Assembly: GCA_964413295.1 (NCBI GenBank)
Contig: CAYPRN010000001.1
Coordinates: 1-63,392, forward strand
DNA length: 63,392 nt
Direction: 5' to 3'
Source of the DNA: an uncultured Gammaproteobacteria bacterium
Lineage (GTDB): Bacteria > Patescibacteriota > Patescibacteriia > Patescibacteriales > XYC2-FULL-47-12
In this document: piece after piece, positions 19,151-31,402 of the stretch
Numbering within the stretch: position 1 is the first letter of the stretch
How the letters are laid out: every line of letters begins with the position of its first letter
Position numbers and translations under genes: made by a program
Notes under the pieces: generated by a model
Told to the model about the DNA's origin: nothing
Databases searched by the model: none
Seen by the model: the letters and a program-made list of their open reading frames with translations, nothing else

Positions 19151-19447
19151 ATGGATAATGATAAACAAATAAACCCCGCAGAAAATGGGGTGAAAAATAT
19201 TAATAAAAAAATAGATACGCCGTTTTGGCAACCATCTCTTTTAATGTTCTCACGAATGTCTGGTTGGGTTGTCGGGCCAATAGTGCCGGCGATATTTTTA
19301 GGAAAATGGTTGGACAAACGCTATGATACTGAACCATGGCTATTTTTAGTAACTGTTGGTTTAGCTTTTATAATATCAATGGTTGGTTTAGTGAAGGATG
19401 CTTTTAAGGAGATGGATAGATTAAGCAAGGAAGACAGAAATAAATAA
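19151..19447 (+). CDS. AtpZ/AtpI-like small membrane protein
   Basis: 98 aa, 2 TM helices, placed immediately upstream of atpB. Confidence 0.6.
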   Translation: MDNDKQINPAENGVKNINKKIDTPFWQPSLLMFSRMSGWVVGPIVPAIFLGKWLDKRYDTEPWLFLVTVGLAFIISMVGLVKDAFKEMDRLSKEDRNK

Positions 19448-19543
19448 AAAATAATCATATAAATCATATAAATCTCTGCTAAATTTTATTTTTTAGCAAA
19501 ACTTGCCTACCGGCAGGCAGGGATTAATAAGATTAATAAGATA

Positions 19544-20413
19544 ATGCCTAACACAGAAAATCAAAACTTACATAATGAACCTGAAGTTGCGACAGCATAC
19601 GTTGAAACGCAAGAAATTCACCATGAGCAAACCCTTTTTGCAGAACCGCTTTTTAATATTGGCGGTTTAACTGTAACAAATTCATTATTAGTAAGCTGGG
19701 CAGTGGTAATTGGTATTATATTATTAGTAGTATTATTAAAATTTAAATTAAAGAAAATTCCGGGAAAGGTTCAGGGAGTGACTGAAATGATTTTTGAATG
19801 GTTTTTAGAAACATTTGATTCAGTAACTAGCGACCGTAAAAAATCATTGATGTTTTTTCCCTTGGTGTTTTCTTTCTTTATTTTTATTTTATTAAACAAT
19901 TGGTTTGGACTTTTGCCTGGTGTTGGAACGGTTGGGCAAGTAGTTAGTGAACATGGCGAGTTAGTATTAATTCCGTATTTGCGCGGTGGCACAGCTGATT
20001 TAAATACAACATTAGCTTTAGCGTTAATTGCCGTTATTGCTTCGCATGCTTTTGGTGTTTTTAAAATCGGCGCTTGGACACATTTTAATAAGTTTATAAA
20101 TATTAAAGCATTTTTAGAAATTCCTCAGAAAATAAGAAAAGAGCCGACTATTATTTTTATAAATCCGATTAAAGCTTTTGTAGGAATTGTTGAAATTATT
20201 GGTGAAGTCGCTAAGATTGCTTCATTAAGCTTTCGTTTATTTGGTAATATTTTTGCTGGAGAAGTATTATTAGCGTCAATGGCGACTTTAGTGGCCTGGC
20301 TAGTACCAATTCCGTTTATGTTTTTAGAATTGATTGTCGGCGTTGTCCAAGCTTTAATTTTTGCTTTATTAACATTGGCATTTTTAACAATTAATACGAT
20401 GGAGGAACACTAG
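19544..20413 (+). CDS. atpB: F0F1 ATP synthase subunit a
   Basis: LSFRLFGNIFAGE with the essential Arg. Multi-TM protein in operon context. Confidence 0.95.
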   Translation: MPNTENQNLHNEPEVATAYVETQEIHHEQTLFAEPLFNIGGLTVTNSLLVSWAVVIGIILLVVLLKFKLKKIPGKVQGVTEMIFEWFLETFDSVTSDRKKSLMFFPLVFSFFIFILLNNWFGLLPGVGTVGQVVSEHGELVLIPYLRGGTADLNTTLALALIAVIASHAFGVFKIGAWTHFNKFINIKAFLEIPQKIRKEPTIIFINPIKAFVGIVEIIGEVAKIASLSFRLFGNIFAGEVLLASMATLVAWLVPIPFMFLELIVGVVQALIFALLTLAFLTINTMEEH

Positions 20414-20419
20414 CAAGAA

Positions 20420-20540
20420 ATTTTAAATTCCAAACACCAAATTCCAAAGAAATTCCAAATTTCAAATTTTAAAGTTCCGTGGGCTTTGAAACTTAGAATT
20501 TATAATTTAAGATTTTTTTGGGATTTGGGATTTAGAGTTT
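20420..20540. repeat. AT-rich palindromic element (aattccaaa family)
   Basis: aaattccaaacaccaaattccaaagaaattccaaat ... tttgggatttgggattt. Relatives at 32760 and 54461. Confidence 0.65.
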
Positions 20541-20579
20541 ATTATTTATTAATCTGATAGTTCAACCGACTTAAAATAA

Positions 20580-20837
<258 letters not shown>

Positions 20838-20892
20838 TAATTTTACAGCTGGAAGCTCAATTCGGGCTTTCAGAATAAGATTATTAAATTAA

Positions 20893-20998
20893 TGTCATTG
20901 CGAGCGAACGAAGTGAGTGTGGCAATCCCGTGAAAATAGAGATGTTGCAAAATTCACGGGATTGCCACGTCGTCGCTTCGCTCCTCCTCGCAATGACA
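20893..20998. repeat. TGTCAT...ATGACA-bounded GC-rich element (full copy)
   Basis: tgtcattgcgag...ctcgcaatgaca with an internal 14-bp inverted repeat ggcaatcccgtgaa/ttcacgggattgcc. Confidence 0.9.
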
Positions 20999-21005
20999 CA
21001 GATAT

Positions 21006-21512
21006 ATGAGTGAAGTCATCTCAACATTCCACGTAGATGTTAAATTATTAATCGCGCAAGTCGTTAATTTTGCGATTGTTTTTGTAGTGCTTTATTATTT
21101 TGGTATTAAGCCGTTGATGAAAATTTTAACCGAGCGATCTAAAAAAATTGAAGATAGTTTAAAAAATTCAGAGAAAATTGAAAAAGAATTAGCTAAGACT
21201 CAAGTTAAACGTGAAGAAGTTATTAAAAAAGCTAAACAAGAAGCAAACGCTATTTTAGCTGAAGTTGAGAAAAAGTCTGATGTACGCAAAGCGGAAATGA
21301 TGGCTAAAGCCAAAGAGGAAATTGAAAATATCGTAACTAAAACCAAAGAAGATTTAGAAGTTGAGAAAAAAATTATGATAAAACATGTTAAAGAAGAAGC
21401 GGCTGAAATGATTACAACTTCGTTAGAAAAGATTTTAGGTGAAAAAATGAACGAAGGAGTTGATAAGAATTATATAGAGAAAACGATTAAGGAGATTAAG
21501 GATGATAAGTAA
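21006..21512 (+). CDS. atpF: F0F1 ATP synthase subunit b
   Basis: N-terminal TM helix plus a long charged coiled coil, in operon position. Confidence 0.9.
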   Translation: MSEVISTFHVDVKLLIAQVVNFAIVFVVLYYFGIKPLMKILTERSKKIEDSLKNSEKIEKELAKTQVKREEVIKKAKQEANAILAEVEKKSDVRKAEMMAKAKEEIENIVTKTKEDLEVEKKIMIKHVKEEAAEMITTSLEKILGEKMNEGVDKNYIEKTIKEIKDDK

Positions 21513-21531
21513 TTTAAAAAATAAAATAACC

Positions 21532-21656
21532 CTACCAATTACTAATCTATACCAATATACCAATATTCTATTAACCATTTTTAGTAAATAATAGTTTATA
21601 TTTCTATTGAACATTTAAGCAGTATTAGTATATTGGTATAGATTAGTAATTGGTAG
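21532..21656. repeat. MITE-like element with perfect 28-bp terminal inverted repeats
   Basis: ctaccaattactaatctataccaatata (21532-21559) and its exact reverse complement (21629-21656). Confidence 0.9.
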
Positions 21657-21664
21657 GAATAATT

Positions 21665-22066
21665 ATGAAAATAACACCAAAACAATACGCCCAATCACTA
21701 TATGAAGTTGTTTCTACTGAAGAAGACGGCGATGTTCAGGTTGCGGTGAAAAATTTTGTAAAAGTTTTAGTTGAAAAAAATCAATTAGGAAAAATAGAAA
21801 AAATTATTCAAGAATTTAAAAATATATGGAATAGAGAGCAGGGAATAATAGAAGGAGAATTGACGAGTGTGAGGGAATTAGATGATGAAATTGTTACATT
21901 GTTAAATTGTTACATTGTTAAATTGTTAGACGTTGATAAAGTGAGGTTAGAAAATAAAGTTGATAAAAATATTTTAGGTGGTTTTGTAGCAAGGTTGGGA
22001 GATACTGTAATAGACAGCAGTTTGAAATCACAATTACAAAGTTTAAAGAGTAAATTAGTAAATTAA
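21665..22066 (+). CDS. atpH: F0F1 ATP synthase subunit delta (OSCP)
   Basis: Operon position and C-terminal ILGGF..R.GD...D.S pattern. Start taken at MKITPKQYA. Confidence 0.85.
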   Translation: MKITPKQYAQSLYEVVSTEEDGDVQVAVKNFVKVLVEKNQLGKIEKIIQEFKNIWNREQGIIEGELTSVRELDDEIVTLLNCYIVKLLDVDKVRLENKVDKNILGGFVARLGDTVIDSSLKSQLQSLKSKLVN

Positions 22067-22070
22067 ATAT

Positions 22071-22120
22071 TGTCATTGCCACGTCGTCCTCTACTCCGTT
22101 TCGGACTCCTCGTAATGACA
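22071..22120. repeat. Short TGTCAT...ATGACA element
   Basis: tgtcattgccacgtcgtcc...ctcctcgtaatgaca. It creates the spurious N-terminal extension of the atpA ORF. Confidence 0.8.
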
Positions 22121-22132
22121 AAATATAGACAT

Positions 22133-23746
22133 ATGAAAACCAAAGATTTTATAGTAGAACAACTTAAACAACAAATCAGCGATTTTAAATCAGAAGTTAA
22201 GGTAGAAAAAGTTGGTACAGTAGTAGAGGTGGGTGACGGTATTGCCCGTATTTCTGGTTTATCCGAAGCCATGTCATCAGAGATGCTTGAGTTTGTCACT
22301 AATTCTCCCGCCTTCGCTGAAGCTATGGTGGGCAAGCACGAATCTAAAACGAATCAACACGAATCTGTTTTTGGCGTGGCTTTAAATTTAGAAGAAGATT
22401 CAGTCGGTGCGGTAATTCTTGGAGATTATTTAAAGATTAAAGAAGGTGATATTGTAAAATCTACTGGTAGAATTTTAGAAGTACCGGTTGGCGAAGGCGT
22501 GATTGGTCGCGTAGTAAATGCTTTAGGACAGGCAATTGATGGTAAAGGAGAAATATCCGCCCAAGGCGGATCCGCCTCGGGCGGAAAGTCCACCACTTTT
22601 TATCCAATTGAAAAAATCGCCCCCGGTGTTATTACCCGCGAATCTGTTAGTCAGCCAGTTCAAACCGGACTAAAAGCGATTGACGCAATGATTCCAATCG
22701 GTCGCGGACAGCGTGAGTTAATAATTGGTGATCGGCAGACTGGAAAAACCGCGATTGCGATTGATACCATTATTAACCAAAAAGGGCAGAGAATGAAATG
22801 TATTTATGTGGCAATTGGCCAGAGAGAAAGTAAAGTGGCTCGTATTGTGGCGGAATTAGAAAAGCATGGCGCCATGGAATATACAACTGTAGTTGTAGCC
22901 GGCGCTTCTGATCCAGCAGCTTTATCTTACATTGCTCCATATTCTGGTTGCGCTATGGGTGAATATTTTATGGATAAAGGCGAGGATGTTTTGGTCGTTT
23001 ATGATGATTTATCTAAGCATGCAGTTGCTTATCGCCAAATGTCATTATTATTAAAACGACCACCTGGGCGTGAAGCTTATCCTGGAGATGTTTTTTATTT
23101 ACATTCACGTTTATTAGAACGCGCGGCTAAATTAAATAAAGATAATGGTGGTGGCTCTCTAACTGCTTTACCAATAATTGAAACTCAAGCCGGAGATGTA
23201 TCAGCATATATTCCAACTAATGTTATTTCTATTACTGACGGGCAGATATTTTTAGAAGGTGATTTATTTTATCAAGGCATTCGTCCGGCTTTAAACATAG
23301 GTATTTCTGTTTCTCGTGTAGGTAGCGCTGCTCAGATTAAAGCGATGAAAAAAGTTGCCGGCAAAATGAAATTAGACGCGGCCCAGTATCGTGAGTTAGC
23401 TGCCTTTGCTCAATTTGGTTCTGATTTGGATGAAGATACTAAAAAGAAATTAGAGTTAGGCAAAAGATTAACCGAAATATTTAAACAAAATCAGTATGAA
23501 CCGATTGCAGTAAGTAAACAAGTTTTAATTTTCTTCGCCGCTAATGAGGGATTACTTAATGATATTCCGGTTGAAAAAGTTATGGAATTTGAAAAGGGTT
23601 TATATAAATATGCTGATACCAGTGGTAAAGAGATTTTGAAAGAAATTGAAAAGACAGGGGAGTTATCTGATAAAATAGTTAAAGAGATGAAAGGTTTAAT
23701 TGGGGATTATAAGAAGGAGTTGGATTATTTAAGTAAAGACAAATAG
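22133..23746 (+). CDS. atpA: F0F1 ATP synthase subunit alpha
   Basis: GDRQTGKT Walker A and overall alpha-subunit conservation. Start taken at MKTKDF. Confidence 0.95.
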   Translation: MKTKDFIVEQLKQQISDFKSEVKVEKVGTVVEVGDGIARISGLSEAMSSEMLEFVTNSPAFAEAMVGKHESKTNQHESVFGVALNLEEDSVGAVILGDYLKIKEGDIVKSTGRILEVPVGEGVIGRVVNALGQAIDGKGEISAQGGSASGGKSTTFYPIEKIAPGVITRESVSQPVQTGLKAIDAMIPIGRGQRELIIGDRQTGKTAIAIDTIINQKGQRMKCIYVAIGQRESKVARIVAELEKHGAMEYTTVVVAGASDPAALSYIAPYSGCAMGEYFMDKGEDVLVVYDDLSKHAVAYRQMSLLLKRPPGREAYPGDVFYLHSRLLERAAKLNKDNGGGSLTALPIIETQAGDVSAYIPTNVISITDGQIFLEGDLFYQGIRPALNIGISVSRVGSAAQIKAMKKVAGKMKLDAAQYRELAAFAQFGSDLDEDTKKKLELGKRLTEIFKQNQYEPIAVSKQVLIFFAANEGLLNDIPVEKVMEFEKGLYKYADTSGKEILKEIEKTGELSDKIVKEMKGLIGDYKKELDYLSKDK

Positions 23747-23792
23747 CCACAAAATCGGACACAAATAGCCATAAATTGTTAAAGCTTATTTT

Positions 23793-23828
23793 TGTCATTC
23801 TGAGGAACGGAGTGACGAAGAATCTATA
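23793..23828. repeat. Solo left half of a TGTCAT element
   Basis: tgtcattctgaggaacggagtgacgaagaatcta matches the left end of the 27835 copy. Confidence 0.65.
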
Positions 23829-23840
23829 ATATTATGAATT

Positions 23841-24323
23841 ATGAATCAAGTAACTATATCAATTCCAAATCCAGAAGATAAATTAGACGCACTTCATTAT
23901 GAAATGTGGATGCTTAATTCCATTCTTCATGTAAGTAATTCAGTGTTATCTAATTTATCATCTTCACAAGTAGTTTCTAATGCATTGTTAGAGTCTTTTT
24001 TAGTGCACGCACGAAATTTAAAGGATTTTTTAGAAAAAACTAAGCAAGATGACGATATAGTTTGTTCTGATTTTTTAGATAATAATGGATTACATATTAA
24101 TAAAATTTCTGTGAATTTACAGAGTGATATAAAAAATAAGATTAATAAATATTTAAGCCATTTAACAGAAACAAGAATGCATACTAAGCCAGCATGGAAA
24201 TTAGATGAGATAAAAAAAGAAGTAAATAAGAGTTTAGAAGTTTTTTTCAATCAATTATCTGATAAATATTTTCCCACACAGGGAGATAGAAATAAGGATA
24301 GCTTTTTGGATTTATTAAAATAA
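23841..24323 (+). CDS. Hypothetical protein inserted between atpA and atpG
   Basis: 160-aa ORF predicted to be all-helical, ending 3 nt before the atpG start. No confident family assignment. Confidence 0.65.
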   Translation: MNQVTISIPNPEDKLDALHYEMWMLNSILHVSNSVLSNLSSSQVVSNALLESFLVHARNLKDFLEKTKQDDDIVCSDFLDNNGLHINKISVNLQSDIKNKINKYLSHLTETRMHTKPAWKLDEIKKEVNKSLEVFFNQLSDKYFPTQGDRNKDSFLDLLK

Positions 24324-24326
24324 GAT

Positions 24327-25274
24327 ATGGCATCAACACGCGATATACAACGTCGAATAAAATCAGTTAAGAATACCAAAAAAATCACGAAAGCGATGGA
24401 GCTTGTTGCTGCCGCAAAAATGAGAAAAGCAGTTGAAGCAGTGCTGGCGACTCGTAGTTATGCTAATTTAAGCTGGCTGACAGTTTTGAATTTGGCGGAA
24501 GTTGCTAAACAAGATAGGAATTTACATAAATTATTAAACCCATCCTCCGCTAAAGCTTCGGAGGACAAGTCCGCTAAGGTTGGAGTTGTTTTAATTACTT
24601 CTAACAAAGGACTGTGTGGCGGATTTAATACTAGCATAGTTAATAAAGTTATAAAGTCTGTAAAACAGCACGAAAATCAAGAGACAGAGTTTGTTTTGCT
24701 CGGAAAAAAAGGAGCGCAGGTAAATTATAAATTTGGTTATAATTTAGCAGCGGAATTTGATAAGCCGGATGTAATAACAGAAGTAGAAGAAGTAATTCCA
24801 GTTGTTAAAATTTTAATAGAAGATTATTTAAAAGGTAAATATGATAAAATAATGTTGGCTTATACTGATTTTATTTCTGCCGTAAAGCAGGTGCCCAGAG
24901 TGAAGCAGTTGTTGCCAATTGATTTAAACGAACGGGATGAATTTTTAGGTAGTATTGGTGAGAATAAGGACAAACCCGCCTCCATCCCGCTGAGCGGGAC
25001 TACGGCGAGACAAAAGGAATATATATTTGAACCAAGCGCAAAACAGGTTTTAGATGAGATGATTCCACGTTTAATTGAAATTCAGATGTTTCAAGCAATG
25101 TTAGAGTCAAATGCCTCTGAACATAGCGCGCGGATGGTTGCGATGCGCAATGCGACTGATGCGGCTGGTGATATGATTGATGAGTTAACATTAACATATA
25201 ATAAAGCGCGCCAAGCTAGTATTACTGCGGAAATCGCGGAAATCGCTGGTGGGGCATTAGCATTAGAACAATAA
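24327..25274 (+). CDS. atpG: F0F1 ATP synthase subunit gamma
   Basis: MASTRDIQRRIKSVKNTKKITKAMELVAAAK N-terminus and ITAEIAEI..GA.AL C-terminus. Confidence 0.95.
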   Translation: MASTRDIQRRIKSVKNTKKITKAMELVAAAKMRKAVEAVLATRSYANLSWLTVLNLAEVAKQDRNLHKLLNPSSAKASEDKSAKVGVVLITSNKGLCGGFNTSIVNKVIKSVKQHENQETEFVLLGKKGAQVNYKFGYNLAAEFDKPDVITEVEEVIPVVKILIEDYLKGKYDKIMLAYTDFISAVKQVPRVKQLLPIDLNERDEFLGSIGENKDKPASIPLSGTTARQKEYIFEPSAKQVLDEMIPRLIEIQMFQAMLESNASEHSARMVAMRNATDAAGDMIDELTLTYNKARQASITAEIAEIAGGALALEQ

Positions 25275-25339
25275 AATATAAATCTTATTAATCTTTTGCC
25301 AATTTTTTTTGCAGAAGATTAATATGATTAATAAGATAA

Positions 25340-26722
<1,383 letters not shown>

Positions 26723-26731
26723 AAATTATAA

Positions 26732-26824
26732 TGCGAACCTATGAATGTATGCAAATTCTACGAACATGCAAATGTGCGTAAAATTTACATGTTCGTAGAA
26801 TTTGCATTTAATTTGTAGTTTCGC
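26732..26824. repeat. Palindromic element with 19-bp perfect arms
   Basis: tgcaaattctacgaacatg (26750-26768) and catgttcgtagaatttgca (26788-26806). Outer arms are tgcgaa/ttcgca. Confidence 0.9.
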
Positions 26825-26827
26825 ACT

Positions 26828-27253
26828 ATGAATATACACTTTGAAATCGTAACTCCAGAAAAGGTAGTTCTTAAACAAGAAGTGCTTCAGATTAGTGTGC
26901 CAACAAAAACTGGTGAAATTACGATTTTGCCAAACCATATTCCTTTAATCTCTGCCTTACAGCCCGGAGTAATTGAAATAAAAACCACTGACAACAAAGT
27001 TGAGACCATGGCAGTGTCAGGTGGGTTTATTGAGGTTTTGCCCGATAAGGTGGTAATTTTGGCTGATACGGCTGAACGAGCTGTTGATATTGATGAAGCA
27101 CGGGCTGAAGAAGCGCATAAACGGGCAATTGAGTCTATGAAAAAGAAAGAAGAACAAGTTGATTTTACTGCTGTGCAAGCGAAGATGGCTAAAGAATTGT
27201 CACGTTTGCAAGCGGTTAAGAGATATAAGCATCATAAAGAAGTTATTAAATAA
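26828..27253 (+). CDS. atpC: F0F1 ATP synthase subunit epsilon
   Basis: Operon position and the pattern IVTPE....V..V.VP...GE.GILP.H.PL. Confidence 0.9.
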   Translation: MNIHFEIVTPEKVVLKQEVLQISVPTKTGEITILPNHIPLISALQPGVIEIKTTDNKVETMAVSGGFIEVLPDKVVILADTAERAVDIDEARAEEAHKRAIESMKKKEEQVDFTAVQAKMAKELSRLQAVKRYKHHKEVIK

Positions 27254-27276
27254 TTTAAAAAAGGAGAATTAACATT

Positions 27277-27711
27277 ATGGCACATCATTGTAAAAACGCA
27301 TTAATAACTTGCATGGATTTTCGTTTGTTTAATGGTTTTATTAAATGGATGAAAGAACAAGGTTATGCAGGAGATTGCGATATAATTTCTTTAGCTGGCG
27401 CTGGTAAGGGAATTGTTGATGGCGGAGAAGCGCAAAGTGTTCTTTTAAAACAGCTTGATATTTCTTGTAATCTTCATCAATCAGAAAAAATAATTTTATT
27501 ACATCACAGCGATTGTGGCGCGTACGCACAGAGTTATAAATTTGCTAATGCGGAAGAAGAAAAGAAAAAGCAATTAGCAGATATGAATAAAGCAAAAAAA
27601 ATTATAGTTGCTCGTTATTCTGAAACAGAGGTTGAATTAATTTGGGCGCAATTAAAAGACAAAAATGGGAAGGAGATTGTTTTTACACAGATAAATACCA
27701 GTCTTTATTAA
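27277..27711 (+). CDS. Beta-carbonic-anhydrase-like small protein (tentative)
   Basis: CMDFR (C-x-D-x-R) and HHSDCG (H-x-x-C-G) resemble the beta-CA zinc ligand motifs. 144 aa, with the SD aaaaaggag right after atpC. Confidence 0.4.
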   Translation: MAHHCKNALITCMDFRLFNGFIKWMKEQGYAGDCDIISLAGAGKGIVDGGEAQSVLLKQLDISCNLHQSEKIILLHHSDCGAYAQSYKFANAEEEKKKQLADMNKAKKIIVARYSETEVELIWAQLKDKNGKEIVFTQINTSLY

Positions 27712-27834
27712 AGTTGCAGTAATGCAAGCGGATTAATTACAAATTGAAATAGATTGTAAATAAAGCCTTAGATTTTCTGGGGCTTTTTTTGCATCAAAAA
27801 TAAAGTAATGTATACTAATGGTATATTATTATTT

Positions 27835-27940
27835 TGTCATTCTAAGGAGTGGCTTTAGGAGCGACGAAGAATCTACCTGCCCGCAATGTAAACAGACGGG
27901 TTATAGATCCTTCACTCGTTAGCACTCGTTCAGGATGACA
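27835..27940. repeat. TGTCAT...ATGACA-bounded GC-rich element (full copy)
   Basis: tgtcattctaaggag...gttcaggatgaca. Confidence 0.85.
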
Positions 27941-27951
27941 AAAAGAAAGTT

Positions 27952-30900
27952 ATGAATAATTTAAACCAAGAACAAAAGAAAGCAGTAGAACATACAGGCA
28001 ACCCCCTGTTGATTATTGCTGGCGCTGGCACGGGGAAAACCACTGTAATTACCCAAAAAATTGGGTGGATAGCGGAACAGGAATTAGCTAAGACGGATGA
28101 GATTTTAGCTCTTACTTTTACAGAAAAAGCGGCCGGTGAAATGCAGGAGCGAATTGATAAATTAATGCAATATGGCTATGTTGATCTATGGATAATGACC
28201 TTTCATGGTTTTTGCGAAAAGATTTTAAAACAACATGGGTTGGACATTGGTCTGCCAACAAATTTTAAATTGCTAAATGAATTTCAGCAGTGGGTGTTGA
28301 TAAAAAAGAATTTAGACAAGTTTAAACTGGACTATTATCAGCCAATGGGAAATCCAACAAAGTTTATTTCTGCGCTTTTAAGACATTTTTCGCGAGCTAA
28401 GGATGAAAATATCTCCCCAGGACAGTATTTAGAATACGCGGAGGAGTTGCAACAAAATTTAGACAGTAAGATGTCCGGCGATACTATAAAAATTAAATTA
28501 AAAGGCGTATTAGATTTAGACGGCAAAGTGGATCAGGAAGTTTTAACTCATGAGATGGGGCGCATAAATGAAGTAGCAAATGCCTATCATGTTTATCAAA
28601 ATTTGCTGTTAGAAAATAGCGTTTTGGATTTTGGGGATTTAATAAATTATACTTTGAAATTATTCCGCGAACGACCGGCAATTTTAGCCAAATATCAACA
28701 GCAGTTTAAACATGTGCTAGTGGATGAATTTCAGGATACAAATTGGGCGCAGTACGAACTAATGAAATTATTAAAGCCAAAAGGTGAAAATTTAATTGCC
28801 GTTTTAGATGATGATCAAAGTATCTATAAATTTAGGGGAGCTTCTGTTAGCAATGTACTGCAATTTAAAAATGATTTTTCAAATGCCGAGGAAATATTGT
28901 TAACCCAAAATTATCGCAGTACGCAGAATATTTTAGATTTATCTTACAATTTTATTCAGTTGAATAATCCTAATCGGCTTGAATGCCGATTAGACAAGAA
29001 GATTGATAAAAAATTGATTTCTAACATCAAAGAAGATAGTGTTATTGAAGTTTTGCAAGGCAGTGATTTACAAGATGAAGTAGTATTAGTAATTGAAAAA
29101 ATTGCTGAATTAAAAATTAAAGACAAGGATTGTAACTATAATGATTTTGCAATTTTAGTACGAGCCAATAATTCTGCCAAGGAATTTGTAAATGCTTTAG
29201 AAATTGCTGGATTGCCTTACATATTTTTAGCATCTAAAGGTTTATATAACAAACCGGTTATAATGGATATTATTGCTTATTTAAGTTTACTGAATAATTA
29301 TCACGAGAACACGGCTATGTATCGCGTACTAAATATTCCAGTTTTTAAATTTGAGCATGAAGAAATTTTAAAAATTATTAATTTAGCAAAGAAAAAAGCA
29401 TGGTCAATTTATGAAACAGTAAAATACACATCTAATTTTACAGAAAATTTTGCTATTAAAGCAGGGCAAATTATAAATTTAATCGGCAAGCATATTGTCA
29501 TGGTACACGAAAAAAAAGTCAACGAAGTTATACAAGCATTTTTAAAAGACAGTGGCTATTTAAAATATTTATCAGAACAAGAAGATCAAAAAGTTAAGGA
29601 TACAATGAGAGAGTTAAATGCGTTTATGAGGCGTATTAAAGAATTTGAGAATAGCACGGAAGAGGCGTCAGTAAAAAATTTTTTAGCAGAGTTGGAATTA
29701 GAAATGGAATCAGGTGAACAAGGAAGTTTATCAGTTGACCCAGAAGCTGGACCGGAAATGATAAAAGTTTCAACTATACACGCGGCCAAGGGTCTTGAAT
29801 TTAAATATGTATTTATAGTAAATATGGTTGATTTGCGTTTTCCAACCACTGAACGCAAAGATCCAATTTCACTGCCAGACGCGCTGGTAAAAGAAATTTT
29901 ACCGGAAGGTGATATTCATTTAGAAGAAGAGCGCCGTTTATTTTATGTGGCAATGACGCGGGCAAAACAAGGTTTATATTTCAGCTGGGCGCCGGATTAT
30001 GGCGGGACAAGAAAGAAAAAGCCATCACGATTTCTTTCTGAACTTAGAATTGAGAATTTAGAATTAAGAATTAACGACGATGAAAAAACACATAATTTTA
30101 TAGATGCGCAGATAAAACAACCTAAAATAGAAACAACAAAGCCAATTTATGAACTGCCAAAATATTATTCTTACTCACAATTAAGTTCGTATAAAAATTG
30201 TCCTTATCAATATAGATTTGGTAGTGTTTTAAAAATTCCTACTGGCGGTAATGCTAATTTTAGTTTTGGCAATACAATGCATTTAACTTTGCAGAAGTTT
30301 TTTGGATTGATGATGCATGGTCAAAACGCGCAACAGGGGGATTTGTTTGCCCTCACCCCCGCCTTCGCTGAAGCTTCGGCGGGCAAGCCCAACCCCAGCG
30401 TTGATGACCTGCTTAAACTATACGAAGAGTCATGGATTGATGAATGGTATGCCAGTAAAGAAGAAAAAGAAGAGCGCCGAAAAAAAGGAAGAGAAATTTT
30501 AAAAGAATTTTATAGTAAGCATAAAGATAACTGGCCAAAGGTAATTGGTTTAGAGCAGAGATTTAAGCTTAAATTAAATGATTATATAATTTCCGGTGGT
30601 ATTGACCGCATTGATAATTGTGACCCGCCTTCGCCCAACTGCTTCGGCGAGGCAAGCGGGGCAAACGTGCAAATCGTTGATTATAAAACAGGCACGCCAA
30701 AACAGGCTGGTAAAATTACTATTGATAATAAAGAACAGTTATTAATTTATCAGATGGCTACTGAAGAGGTATTAAAAAAGAAAGTGGCAAATTTACAGTT
30801 TTATTATTTAGATAATAATAGTGAAATTGATTTTTTAGGCACTAATGATGAAAAATTAAATTTGCAGGAAAAACTTTTAGATAGGATAAAAGAAATTGAA

Positions 30901-30993
30901 ACCAGCATTAAAACGGATAATTTTCCACCAAAGCCAAGCCAGTTATGTAAATTTTGTAATTTTAATAATATCTGTGAGCATAGGCAAATGTGA
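27952..30993 (+). CDS. UvrD/PcrA-type SF1 helicase fused to a C-terminal PD-(D/E)XK nuclease with a Cys cluster (AddA/AddB-Cas4-like)
   Basis: AGAGTGKT, VDEFQDT, QNYRS and helicase motif VI (VAMTRAK). The C-terminus has NCPYQY...GGIDRID...VDYKTG...CKFCNFNNIC. Confidence 0.9.
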   Translation: MNNLNQEQKKAVEHTGNPLLIIAGAGTGKTTVITQKIGWIAEQELAKTDEILALTFTEKAAGEMQERIDKLMQYGYVDLWIMTFHGFCEKILKQHGLDIGLPTNFKLLNEFQQWVLIKKNLDKFKLDYYQPMGNPTKFISALLRHFSRAKDENISPGQYLEYAEELQQNLDSKMSGDTIKIKLKGVLDLDGKVDQEVLTHEMGRINEVANAYHVYQNLLLENSVLDFGDLINYTLKLFRERPAILAKYQQQFKHVLVDEFQDTNWAQYELMKLLKPKGENLIAVLDDDQSIYKFRGASVSNVLQFKNDFSNAEEILLTQNYRSTQNILDLSYNFIQLNNPNRLECRLDKKIDKKLISNIKEDSVIEVLQGSDLQDEVVLVIEKIAELKIKDKDCNYNDFAILVRANNSAKEFVNALEIAGLPYIFLASKGLYNKPVIMDIIAYLSLLNNYHENTAMYRVLNIPVFKFEHEEILKIINLAKKKAWSIYETVKYTSNFTENFAIKAGQIINLIGKHIVMVHEKKVNEVIQAFLKDSGYLKYLSEQEDQKVKDTMRELNAFMRRIKEFENSTEEASVKNFLAELELEMESGEQGSLSVDPEAGPEMIKVSTIHAAKGLEFKYVFIVNMVDLRFPTTERKDPISLPDALVKEILPEGDIHLEEERRLFYVAMTRAKQGLYFSWAPDYGGTRKKKPSRFLSELRIENLELRINDDEKTHNFIDAQIKQPKIETTKPIYELPKYYSYSQLSSYKNCPYQYRFGSVLKIPTGGNANFSFGNTMHLTLQKFFGLMMHGQNAQQGDLFALTPAFAEASAGKPNPSVDDLLKLYEESWIDEWYASKEEKEERRKKGREILKEFYSKHKDNWPKVIGLEQRFKLKLNDYIISGGIDRIDNCDPPSPNCFGEASGANVQIVDYKTGTPKQAGKITIDNKEQLLIYQMATEEVLKKKVANLQFYYLDNNSEIDFLGTNDEKLNLQEKLLDRIKEIETSIKTDNFPPKPSQLCKFCNFNNICEHRQM

Positions 30994-31108
30994 TGCTAAT
31001 CCGCTAATAAACGTTAATCCACGATTCGCCAGCTGGCGAAGCGAATAATTATTTGTGGCATTAGCAATTCGCAGATTAGCATTTTATTCGCAGATTAGCA
31101 TAACATAT

Positions 31109-31402
31109 ATGTTTCATGATTTAAAAGATTTATTACCAGGATCAATTGGTCGAGCAAGAATGACTCGCCAAGTTGAAGCTGTAAATATAATAGAAGAGGT
31201 ATATAGAATTATTCACGATAGATTAGGAGCGGATATTGCTAAACAAATAAAACCGTTTCATGTGAAAAATAAAATTTTAACTATTCAATGTGCCTCCTCT
31301 CTGATTATGCAAGAATTAAAATATCGTGAGCAAGAAATTGTCTTTTTGCTAAATAAAAGAGTCGGCCGGCCAGTGGTGATAAAGTTGAGGTATTTTAGTT
31401 AA
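31109..31402 (+). CDS. DUF721 (DciA-like) protein
   Basis: About 97 aa with the family pattern ...V.....L.I.....S......L......I...LN... Confidence 0.6.
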   Translation: MFHDLKDLLPGSIGRARMTRQVEAVNIIEEVYRIIHDRLGADIAKQIKPFHVKNKILTIQCASSLIMQELKYREQEIVFLLNKRVGRPVVIKLRYFS